From: an uncultured bacterium
GTDB taxonomy: Bacteria > Planctomycetota > UBA1135 > GCA-002686595
Direction: 5' to 3'
Length of the DNA stretch: 64,000 bases
Assembly (NCBI GenBank): GCA_943787795.1
Contig: CALSNU010000001.1
Coordinates: 96,001 to 160,000 of the forward strand
Below are positions 10,594-19,585 of the stretch, one piece after another. The notes under the pieces were generated by a model that was not told the origin of the DNA, did not search any database, and saw only the letters and a program-made list of their open reading frames with translations. The position numbers and the translations under genes were made by a program. The first letter of the stretch is position 1. Every line of letters starts with the position of its first letter.

Positions 10594-10666
10594 GCGCGGC
10601 TCGGTGGGCGCTCAGAGCCCACGTGAGTCCTGGCGAGCTCTTGAGCCCGATGGGGAGGTCACTCCC

Positions 10667-12844
10667 GTGACGCCGTCCCCCGCCAAGGGCCAGGGGCCGG
10701 CCCAGCGCCTGGAGTCGCTGCGCGCGGAGATCCTCCGGCACGACCAGCTCTACTACAACGACGGCCGGATCGAGATCTCGGACGCGGAGTACGACGCGCT
10801 CTTCCGCGAGCTGAAGGCCCTGGAGGCCGAGCACCCGGAACTCGTGACGCCGGAGAGCCCGACCCAGCGGGTGGGGGCGCCGCTTCCCGAGGGCGACAGT
10901 TTTGACAAGGTCCGCCACGCCGTCTCGATGCTCTCCATCGAGAGCCTGCGCAGCGAGGACGAGGCACGAGACTTCGCGTCCAAGGTCCACCGCTTCCTCG
11001 GCCTCGAGGAAGGGAGCGAGCTCACGTGGCACGTTGAGCCCAAGTTCGATGGTGTGTCTGCCGCGCTGATCTACCGCGACGGCGCCTTCGTCCAGGGGCT
11101 GACCCGGGGGGACGGCACCACCGGTGAGGACATCACGGCCAACCTCCGGACGGTGCGGGACGTGCCCGTGACCCTGGGCCTCGCGTCGGCTCCCAGGCTG
11201 CTGGAGGTCCGGGGAGAGGTGCTCATTGCCAGGGAGCGCTTTGATCGCTTCAACGTCTACCGGCAGGAGCGGGACCAGCCCACCTTGGCCAACGCTCGCA
11301 ACGCGACGGCGGGCGCGCTGCGTCGGAGTGACCCCTCCGAGGTGCGCCGTTACCCCCTGGAATTCCATCCCTACACGATCGTGCGCTGCGAGGGCCTGGA
11401 GCTGCCCACGTCCCATGCTGCGCGGCTCGCGCTGCTGGCGGAGTGGGGCTTCTCACCGCCCAGCGAGGACGCCACCGTCATGGGCATCGACGGGTGCCTC
11501 GAGTACCACGCAGGGATGGAGGCTCGCCGGGACGAGATCCCGTTCGAGATGGATGGGATCGTCGCCAAGCTGGATGACGTGGAGCTCCGCGATCGACTCG
11601 GCAGCACAGCCCGCGCCACGAAGTGGCAGTACGCCCACAAGTTCGCGCCGGTGGAGGCGACGACCACCCTGCGCGCCATCGAGATCCAGGTCGGGGTGAA
11701 CGGGCGCCTGACGCCCAGGGCCCACGTCGACCCCGTGGAGGTGCTGGGGGTGACCGTCCGGCACGCGACGCTCCACAACGAGGACTATGTGCTGACCCTT
11801 GGGGCGCGGCCGGGGGATCGTGTGCTGGTCAAGCGCGCCGGAGACGTGATCCCGCAGATCACCGGGGTGGCGAAGAGCGGCCCGGCGAAGGCCCCAGCCG
11901 GGTGGTCCGAGGCCATTCCTGAGAGCCTGAGGGGCGAGGATGGTGAGCGCCGAGCCGGCGTCATCGTGGATCACGGGGAGGCCTTCGGGATGCCGGCTGC
12001 GTGCCCCGCATGCGGGGCTGACGTCGTGCGAGAGGGCAAGTACGTGCGCTGCCCGAATGTGTACGGCTGCCGTCCCCAGGTCATCGGCCGAACCGTGCAC
12101 ATGGCCGGCCGCGGAGGCTTCGAGATCGACTCTCTCGGCGAGAAGATGATCGTGCAGCTGTTCGACGCCGAGTTGCTCACCTCACCGGCTGGCCTGTTCG
12201 CCCTGCGGCTCGTCCCCGACGAGGCGCTGGTGGCCCTGGACCGCTGGGGACAGAAGTCCGTGGACAATCTGAAGCGCGAGCTCGACGAGGCCCGGAAGGC
12301 CCCCCTGGAGCGTTTCCTTGCGGCCCTCTCCATCCCCGAGGTCGGGGGCGCCACGGCGCGCCTCTTGGCCCGGCACTTCCACGAGCTGGAACAGGTCCAG
12401 AATGCGACGCTCGAGCAGCTGATTGTCGTGGACGGGATTGGCGGTGAGGTCGGCGCTCGGATCGTGGCGTGGTTCGCCGAACCGAGGAATCTCGAGCTCA
12501 TCGGGGCGTTGGTGTCGAGCGGCGTCGAGATCGAGGCTCAGGACGCTTCCTTGGGCGGATCGGCCTTTGACGGGACGACGGTGGTGTTCACCGGCACCCT
12601 CGAGGGGATGAGCCGGTTCGAGGCCAAGAAGGCGGTGGAGTCCCAGGGCGGCCGCGTGGCCTCGTCCGTGAGCGCGAAGACCACCTTCCTGGTGGTCGGC
12701 GGGAAGCCCGGGTCGAAGGCCAAGAAGGCGGAGGCCCTGGGGGTCACCGTTCTGCTGGAGGCTGACTTTCTTGGCCGGCTCTCCGGTGAGCCCCCCCTCG
12801 AGGGCGGCCCCGCCCCGGACGGGGACGGAGATCTGGAGAACTGA
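10667..12844 (+). CDS. ligA: NAD-dependent DNA ligase
   Basis: YY...ISDAEYD, EPKFDG (KxDG), TRGDG, EVRGEV, DGIVAK, RAGDVIP, Cys4 Zn finger, HhH and BRCT (VVFTGTL). GTG 10667 follows GGGAGG; the upstream part of ORF 10325 is probably not coding. Confidence 0.97.
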   Translation: MTPSPAKGQGPAQRLESLRAEILRHDQLYYNDGRIEISDAEYDALFRELKALEAEHPELVTPESPTQRVGAPLPEGDSFDKVRHAVSMLSIESLRSEDEARDFASKVHRFLGLEEGSELTWHVEPKFDGVSAALIYRDGAFVQGLTRGDGTTGEDITANLRTVRDVPVTLGLASAPRLLEVRGEVLIARERFDRFNVYRQERDQPTLANARNATAGALRRSDPSEVRRYPLEFHPYTIVRCEGLELPTSHAARLALLAEWGFSPPSEDATVMGIDGCLEYHAGMEARRDEIPFEMDGIVAKLDDVELRDRLGSTARATKWQYAHKFAPVEATTTLRAIEIQVGVNGRLTPRAHVDPVEVLGVTVRHATLHNEDYVLTLGARPGDRVLVKRAGDVIPQITGVAKSGPAKAPAGWSEAIPESLRGEDGERRAGVIVDHGEAFGMPAACPACGADVVREGKYVRCPNVYGCRPQVIGRTVHMAGRGGFEIDSLGEKMIVQLFDAELLTSPAGLFALRLVPDEALVALDRWGQKSVDNLKRELDEARKAPLERFLAALSIPEVGGATARLLARHFHELEQVQNATLEQLIVVDGIGGEVGARIVAWFAEPRNLELIGALVSSGVEIEAQDASLGGSAFDGTTVVFTGTLEGMSRFEAKKAVESQGGRVASSVSAKTTFLVVGGKPGSKAKKAEALGVTVLLEADFLGRLSGEPPLEGGPAPDGDGDLEN

Positions 12845-12950
12845 GGAATTGGTCGGTCAGCAGGGTTCGAAATAGACGACACACTCCCTCAGCAGAGTGG
12901 GCTGCCACGGGAGCGACCGAGGTCGATCGAGGCTAGACTCTGCAGCTGTC

Positions 12951-13598
12951 ATGGCGGACGATCCCAAGAACGAGAGCGGCACCGACGAGGTCCAGAAGCT
13001 TGTCGAAGCGGCCCACGACGGCGACGCCGACGCGTTGAACGACTTGTTCGCTCGCTACCACCAGACCATGGTCGAGGTGGCCCGGCGCAAGCTCGGCCCG
13101 CGGCTCCGGCTCAAGGAGGATCCGGACGACCTCGCGCAGACGACCTTCCGCGAGGCGACCCGTGACTTCGATCGGTACCAGTACCAAGGCCAGGGGTCAC
13201 TCTTGCGCTGGCTGGTGCAGATCCTGCAGAACAAGATTCGCGACAAGGCCGAGTTCTACTCAGCCGGGAAGCGGGACCTCTCGAAGGAGCGGGCCATGGA
13301 CGTCGGCTCCCCGGACGGGGGCGAGGCTCCGACTCCGATGGAGTTCGTGAGCAGTGACCTCTCGGTCACCAAGGTCGTCCAGCGAGACGAGAACTTCGAG
13401 CTGCTGAAGGATTCACTCTCGGAGCTGTCGCCTGAGCACCGCAAGGCGATCTCCCTGGTCTTCTTCGAGGGGCTGCCGCTCCGTGAGGCCGGTGAGCGCA
13501 TGGGGGGCAAGAGCGAGGACGCCGTCCGCATGATGCTCCGCCGGGCGGAATCCAAGCTCGGCGAGAGGCTCCGCTCGACGCTGGGTCCGGACGTGTGA
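12951..13598 (+). CDS. ECF-type sigma-70 factor (planctomycete-like subfamily)
   Basis: GDADALNDLFARY...LGPRLRLKEDPDDLAQTTF...WLVQILQNKIRD; region 4 LSPEHRKAISLVFFEGL..REAGERMG..SEDAVRM. Confidence 0.9.
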   Translation: MADDPKNESGTDEVQKLVEAAHDGDADALNDLFARYHQTMVEVARRKLGPRLRLKEDPDDLAQTTFREATRDFDRYQYQGQGSLLRWLVQILQNKIRDKAEFYSAGKRDLSKERAMDVGSPDGGEAPTPMEFVSSDLSVTKVVQRDENFELLKDSLSELSPEHRKAISLVFFEGLPLREAGERMGGKSEDAVRMMLRRAESKLGERLRSTLGPDV

Positions 13599-13650
13599 AC
13601 CCGCGCTCTTGAGCGGGCCCCGGCGACGCCGGAGCGAGCCAGGAGCAAGA

Positions 13651-13688
13651 CAGAGGGCGGCGCGGGGTAGTCCCCGCGCCGCCCTCTG
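13651..13688. terminator. Bidirectional terminator-like hairpin between convergent genes
   Basis: 17-bp perfect stem cagagggcggcgcgggg / ccccgcgccgccctctg with a 4-nt loop. Confidence 0.7.
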
Positions 13689-13711
13689 CGTAAGGCGTCA
13701 TCTGGAGTGGA

Positions 13712-16220
13712 TCAGTTGATCCCGATGACGGCGAACTCGTCGAGGAAGGCCTTCTCGTTGTTCCGGTCCGCGTTGACCGCGAAGCGAATCGTGACGGAGC
13801 CTTGGCCCGCGAAGCTCGACAGATCGATGTCGGAGGTCACCCAGCCGGACGTCCCGGTGATCTGCTCGACGGTGTTGCCGTTGACGCTGATCGTGAGGAA
13901 CTCGCCGTTGTCGAGGCGCTTGGTCTCACGCGCGCACTCGAGCCGGAGGCCGGTATAGCCCGACGCATTGACGGTCACCTCGAGGAAGCGACCCCGCCGG
14001 ATCCGGGTGCCGCCGGTGCCAGCGAAGGCCCAGCTGCTGCGGGTCCGGATCCTGTCGTTGGAGACCCAGGCCGTGGAGGCCGCGCCGTCGAAGCTGTCAG
14101 CGAAGATCACCGTCTCACCGCCGCCCGTGTTCGGATCCGCCTCGGTCGTAAAGGACCAGAGGGCGCCGGCGGTGGTGCCGCCTCCGTTGGTGGCGTCGAC
14201 CTGCCAGTAGTACGTGGTGTCGTACTCCAGCGTGCCGAGGTTACGGCTTGTGCCGCCCTGGTTGCCCAGGAATGCCGGTGAGGAGGATTGTCCGAAGTAC
14301 ACGGCGTAGCTGGTCGCACCAGAGGCTGCGCTCCAGGCGAGATCCTGGTCGATGGAGACCGAGGTCGCGCCGTTGGACGGCGTGGGGCTACCGGTCTGGC
14401 CCGGGGGCGCGGGGGTGTCGGCCTCGGTGGTGAAGGACCAGGTCTGGCCCGTCGTCGTGCCCGATCCGTTCACCGCGTCGACTCGCCAGGAGTACGTCGT
14501 CGAGAACGCGAGCTGGGAGAGGCCGCGCGAAGTGCCGGCCTGGTTTCCAAGGAGGCTGAGGGAGGAACCGATGCCGAAGTAGACGTTGTAGCTGGTGGCT
14601 CCAGACGCGGCACTCCACGAGATGTCCTGGTTGATGGACACCGAGCTCGCGCCGTTGGAGGGCGTCGGGCTACCGGGCTGTCCCGGGGGCGGGGTGGAGG
14701 CCTCGGTCACCGTCAGGGTGCCCGTTCCGGTGCTCCCCGAGTAGCCGGCCACCTGGATGAGGACCGTCGTTCCCGCGCTGAGGCCGGTGAGGTCGATCTG
14801 GCTCTGGAGGCCGCACACATCGTCGTTGCACGCGATGCGGGTCAGGGAGCCGCAGTTCCCGACCCAGACCTGGAGCGCCGTGTCGTAGCCAGAACCGCAG
14901 GTGTCGATGGTGACGTCGGCGGAGCTGGACGCGGTGTAGGAGTACCACGCGTCGGCCGCGCCGCCGCCCGCGCAGGACCAAGCGACGCCGCTGTTGGTCG
15001 CGGTCGTCGTGCTGAAGGCGGTGCTCCCCGCGGTGATGACCTCGGCGTTGGCGCAGTCGTCGTTGCTGAGGGCCGCCGCCACCGCCGCCGCCGCCATCGA
15101 GGCAGGTCCGGCTGTCACGGAAGGAGGAGATCGAGCCGCGGGTGACGTTGGGGTTGAAGGTGTTCGCCGACGTGATGGAGGGGTTCATCGTGTACGACGT
15201 GCACGAGCAGTGCTGGGCGTTCCAGTTGTGCCCGAGCTCGTGCGCCGAGAGGTCCGTGGCGCTGGCGAAGTTGTTGTTGAAGTCGGTCTCGACCATGCCG
15301 TAGCCGTAGCTCGTGCAGATGGCGCCGACCCAGGCGATGCCGATGGTCCCGCCGACGATGCTCTTGCCGGAGAAGAGCTGCGCCACGTCCCGCTGGATAC
15401 CGCCTTGGTTGGCGTTCCACTCGTTGCGGAATTGGTTGAGGAGCGTCGAGGCGTCCGAGGACGTGTAGGGCTGGTTGGAGGAGGTCCGAACGAGGATCTG
15501 AGTGATCTCGTGAGTGATCGATACCTCGCTCTCGTACTGGAGGTTCATCGTGCCGATGACCGTCTGGATACGATTGCCGACGTTCGTCATGGACGACCCG
15601 TAGTCCAGGTAGAACTCGTAGTCCGCGTCACAGGCCAGCTCGGCCGTGAACAGCGAGGTTCCCATGGCCGTGTTGTTTCCGGGCGCCTCCTCGAAGCCGG
15701 GCTGCCCAAAGTTGTTGGCCAGCAGATCCGCGCCGCAGAAGTGGTTGGTGCGCAGGACGTCGCCGCGCTCGTAGAGCACGTGATGGAGTGGGCTGGCGCC
15801 CTCGACGGACGCGGGCACCGGCTGGATCCAGAACTCGGAGCCGCCGGCGATCATGATGCGGGCATAGAGGCCGTCTTCGAGGAGCGCTCCGGCGACGCGG
15901 GCGTCCGGCATCGACTCCACGGTGCCGCGCAGGGTCACCACGGGGCCCGGGGCCACGCTGACCAGCGACCCGTCGGCGCGCTGCTCCACGAGCTCGAAGC
16001 CCGGGGCGCGCACGGAGTGGGCGCTGAGGGCGAGCTGGGTGGAGGTCCCGTTCAGCTCGAACGGGATGGTCAGTCCAGTGGCGGGGTCGCCGAACCACTC
16101 CAGCTTCTGGACATCACTCTCGGTGAGTCCGAGAGCGCGGTTGACGGCGGGCTCGATGTCCTGAGCGCTAGCGCTCGCGCTCAGGGCGAGACCGATGAGC
16201 AAGGCAGGCGTTTTCTTCAT
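13712..16220 (-). pseudogene. Secreted reprolysin-like (M12) zinc metallopeptidase with C-terminal beta-sandwich and Fn3-like repeats; one frameshift near 15070 (pseudogene or sequencing error)
   Basis: Signal peptide MKKTPALLIGLALSASASAQ at 16220, HELGHNWNAQH zinc motif and Met-turn (YTMNP), then a Gly8 linker. The coding continuation SNDDCANA... is in a different frame (ORF 13712..15118) and has two WSAASGATSY.VYFG...WSFTTEA repeats. Confidence 0.85.
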
Positions 16221-16643
16221 GGGGGCGTTGGATGGGGTAAGGAGCGAGCCGGCGGGAAAGCGCCGGTTGAAAGCGAAAATCAACCTAGCAGAACGGGCAA
16301 AATGGGGTCGTCTTGATGCCAGAAAGGTTGTTCTGTTGCACAACGGTCGCTGGATGCGATCCGTTATCGGACACGGCCATCCATCCAGCCTTCCGCGGGT
16401 TAGTGGTTTACCCACAGCCCCCGGGGGCGTGCCTGCCTGGCAATTTTCCCCCCCAGCGGCCACAGCGCTGGAGGGGCCAGCGGGAGACCAGGGGCATGCT
16501 CGGACGCCGAACACGCGGACCTTGGCGACCGCCGGGCTCCGGGGGGCGTCGAAGCCCGGCCCGCTGCTGCTTCTCTCCACCGGAGATGGAACGACGGGTT
16601 CCCAAGGGGCCCACGCCTCGCTATCCTCTCCGCCTCGCTGCGT

Positions 16644-16719
16644 GGGCCAATAACTCAGTTGGTAGAGTGCCATGTTCACAGCGTGGAAGTCGCTGGTTCG
16701 AGCCCAGCTTGGCCCACCA
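16644..16719 (+). tRNA. tRNA-Val(CAC)
   Basis: Cloverleaf: acceptor GGGCCAA/TTGGCCC, D-stem ACTC/GAGT, anticodon stem CCATG/CGTGG with loop TT-CAC-AG, T-arm GCTGG-TTCGAGC-CCAGC, discriminator A, encoded CCA. Confidence 0.97.
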
Positions 16720-16799
16720 CTCTTCCCCTCCCCTCCCCGCTCACCCGGGGGGCGCGACGTGGGATTTGACGGCCGCGGATGCGCGGCGAGGAACGCAGC

Positions 16800-17606
16800 A
16801 TGACCGTGAATCAACAGGAGTGGCTCGAGGCCCTCGCCAGATTCCGGGACGAGGGTCGCTCCTGCTGTCAGGTCGTGGTGACGGGCGTGAAGGGCTCCGC
16901 GCCGCGTGAGGTGGGGGCGCGCATGATCGTCGCCGACGGCAAGCTGGCCTGGGGCACCATCGGCGGCGGGAAGCTGGAGCACCTCGCCATTCAGCGAGCC
17001 TGCGAGCTGCTCGAGGGCGGACGGGCGGAGACGGTGACCGAGTCCGTGCCGCTCTCGGAGAAGGCGGGCCAGTGCTGTGGGGGCGAGGTCAGCCTCTTCC
17101 TGGAGTCATTCTGCTGGACACGGCGTCGGCTGGTCATTTTCGGCTGCGGCCACGTCGCCCAGGCCATCGCCGGCCTCGCGGACTACATGGACCTCGACGT
17201 GCAGCTCATCGACTCGCGCTCGGCCCAGGAGGTGGAGCCGCCGCTGCCCGAGTCGCCGCCCTACGAGGTCCTCTTCATCGACGCGCCCGAGGAGGAGGTG
17301 GACAGCATCCCCGCGGACTCGCTCCTCCTCGTGATGACCCACAGCCACTCCATCGATCAGGACGTCATCGCCCGGGCTCTGCGGCGTGGCTCCTTCCCCT
17401 ACATCGGGCTCATCGGCTCCGACCGCAAGTGGGCTCGCTTCAAGCAACGCCTCGAGCAGCGGGGCGCGACGGCCGACGAGCTCGCTTCGGTCACCTGCCC
17501 GATCGGGCTCTCGAAGGGATCGAAGGAGCCGCGCAAGATCGCCCTCTCCGTGGCGGCGGAGATCGTGGAGGTCGCGGAGCGGCTGGCCAAGGAGAGCAGG
17601 CGCTGA
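16800..17606 (+). CDS. xdhC: Xanthine dehydrogenase accessory protein XdhC
   Basis: GSAPREVGARM, GTIGGGKLE, GQCCGG, IFGCGHVA, VMTHSH..D, YIGLIGS..K, CPIG..KEP..IALSVAAEI. Confidence 0.92.
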   Translation: MTVNQQEWLEALARFRDEGRSCCQVVVTGVKGSAPREVGARMIVADGKLAWGTIGGGKLEHLAIQRACELLEGGRAETVTESVPLSEKAGQCCGGEVSLFLESFCWTRRRLVIFGCGHVAQAIAGLADYMDLDVQLIDSRSAQEVEPPLPESPPYEVLFIDAPEEEVDSIPADSLLLVMTHSHSIDQDVIARALRRGSFPYIGLIGSDRKWARFKQRLEQRGATADELASVTCPIGLSKGSKEPRKIALSVAAEIVEVAERLAKESRR

Positions 17607-17617
17607 GCTCGCTGACC

Positions 17618-19585
17618 ATGGCTTCAGCTCGATCAGCAGAGGCTCGCGCCGCCGAGGCGCAGCCCGCCCCCGGGACAGGCGGGCTCCGCCCGGCGGCGAA
17701 TCCGGAGCTGCGCCGGTTCCAGCGCGGGCTGCTGCTGCTCCTCGCGCTCGCCGCGGGCTCGCAGGTGCTGATCGCGGGGGAGTCCTTCTCGCACAACCCC
17801 ATGGTGCTGGTCCCCCAGGTCGATGCGGCCGTGGTGTGGTCGCACGCGGGAGAGATCGCCGACGGGGCGCTCGTGGATGAGGCGCCCTTCGAGACGGCGC
17901 CGCTCATGCTCTGGTGGGCCGCGCTCGTCCGTGCCCTGGGTGGAGGGCTCGGCGCCCTCGCGGCTGCACAGTCGCTGCTTCACCTGATCGCCCTTGTCCT
18001 CGTGGGTCGACTCAGCAGGCGACTCGCGGCCTCCGCCGGCTCCCCACGCTTTGCGACGTGGGTGGGATGGCTGGGTGCAGGGCTCTTCCTGATCCTCGAC
18101 GAGCCCGCCGCCGCCACCAATCGGGTCCTCGCGGGCTCGCTGCAGCTCGTCCTGACCGCCGGGCTCCTCGATGCGCTGACCGGGGTCGGCGGGCGTGCCG
18201 GGCAGAGCGCGTCGCCGCGGCGGGCTGCGCTCATCGGCGTCCTCACCGGTCTCTGCTGCCTGGCGTTCCCGCCCTTCCTCGTCCTGCTGCCCCTGGTCCC
18301 GCTCTGGCTGTTTGCCAGCGGCGTCGGAGGCCAGCGGGCCGCGCTCATCGCGGCGGCGGTTAGCCTCGCGACCGTCGCGCCGGCCACGCTCCACAATCAC
18401 CGAGCCTCAGGGGAGTTCATTCCGATCAGCTCGCAGGCCGGACTCACGTTCTATCACGGCAACAACCCGGCGGCGGACGGGACCCTCGCCGCGGTCGGGG
18501 TGGTGAACAGCAAGGAGGAGCAGGCCCTCGACTCGCTTGTGAAGGCCCGGGCGGCGCTCGGCGACGAGGAGGCCGGGTGGAACCGAGCCAGTCGATACTG
18601 GCTGGGCCAGGGGCTCGACTGGTGGAAGCAGGAGCCCGGGAACGCGCTCTCTGTCGCGGGGATCAAGCTCTGGTATACGTTGACGGGGCGCCGGTACGGG
18701 GACGTCTATCAGCCCTGGATGGAGCGGCGGGACGGCGTGGCCACGCGTCTCTGGCTCGCGCCACTCCCCCTCGCGTGGATCCTCCCCGCCGGCCTCTGGA
18801 TGCTGGCCCTGCTGGTCCGGCGCCGGGGGCTCCGCGGGGCCGGACCGTGGCTGCTCGTCGTGGGCGTCCCGCTCGCCGTCTGCGTGGCCTTCTGGTACAC
18901 GCCGCGATATCGCCTTCCTGCGAGCGTTGGCCTGCTGCCCCTGGCGGCGCTGGCCTGCGGCCTCGTCTTCCGCGACCGTGCCCGGGCGTGGCCGGCGCTG
19001 GTCGCGCTGGCGGCGGGCGGGCTCTTTACTGCGCTCAACGGTGCCGTGGGCTTCGACCAGCATGAGCTCCACGAGCGGCGTCACGCGGCACGCATGGCCG
19101 CCGCCTTCGGTCGCCTCGAGCGTCACGACGAAGGGCTCCGCTTCCTGCGCCAGGACCTGGCCCTTGCACCCGCTGATCCCGAGGCCAGGAACCGGGTGGT
19201 GATGCTGCTCCTGTTCATGGGCCGGGACGCCGAGGCGGCGGCGACCATCGCGTCCGCGCCCCCTGCGGTTCGCGCGATGCCGGGTCCGCGAATGGTCCTG
19301 GCGTGGACGCGAGCCACAAGCTCAGTTCCCGCGGCCCGGGATGGGGCGGCAGCGCTGGAGTTGGCCGAGGGGCTGGTGGAGGAGCTCGGGCCCGGCGTCG
19401 ACTTGCTGGACACTCGCGCGGCGGCCCGCGCGCGGGTGGGGGACTTCCCCGGCGCGGTCGCGGACGCCGAACGCGCGCTGGAGTCACTCACACCGTCCGA
19501 TCCGCTGCGTACGGAGATCGCAGCCCGTCTGGAGCTTTATCGCTCCGGGACAGCGTTCACCCAGCCGATGAACCCAGAGCGATGA
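17618..19585 (+). CDS. Polytopic membrane protein, GT-C (ArnT/PMT-like) type, with C-terminal TPR-like region
   Basis: Many hydrophobic segments; TLHNH...FIPISSQAGLTFYHGNNP.ADG and FWYTPRYRLP motifs; helical C-terminus LDTRAAARARVGDF..AV. Confidence 0.65.
   Translation: MASARSAEARAAEAQPAPGTGGLRPAANPELRRFQRGLLLLLALAAGSQVLIAGESFSHNPMVLVPQVDAAVVWSHAGEIADGALVDEAPFETAPLMLWWAALVRALGGGLGALAAAQSLLHLIALVLVGRLSRRLAASAGSPRFATWVGWLGAGLFLILDEPAAATNRVLAGSLQLVLTAGLLDALTGVGGRAGQSASPRRAALIGVLTGLCCLAFPPFLVLLPLVPLWLFASGVGGQRAALIAAAVSLATVAPATLHNHRASGEFIPISSQAGLTFYHGNNPAADGTLAAVGVVNSKEEQALDSLVKARAALGDEEAGWNRASRYWLGQGLDWWKQEPGNALSVAGIKLWYTLTGRRYGDVYQPWMERRDGVATRLWLAPLPLAWILPAGLWMLALLVRRRGLRGAGPWLLVVGVPLAVCVAFWYTPRYRLPASVGLLPLAALACGLVFRDRARAWPALVALAAGGLFTALNGAVGFDQHELHERRHAARMAAAFGRLERHDEGLRFLRQDLALAPADPEARNRVVMLLLFMGRDAEAAATIASAPPAVRAMPGPRMVLAWTRATSSVPAARDGAAALELAEGLVEELGPGVDLLDTRAAARARVGDFPGAVADAERALESLTPSDPLRTEIAARLELYRSGTAFTQPMNPER

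Noticed and set aside
16340..16420. c-di-GMP-I riboswitch (minus-strand GGGTAAACC) upstream of the M12 gene
   Set aside because: The downstream GCAAAGC core and GNRA/receptor stems could not be identified. An Infernal search would settle it.
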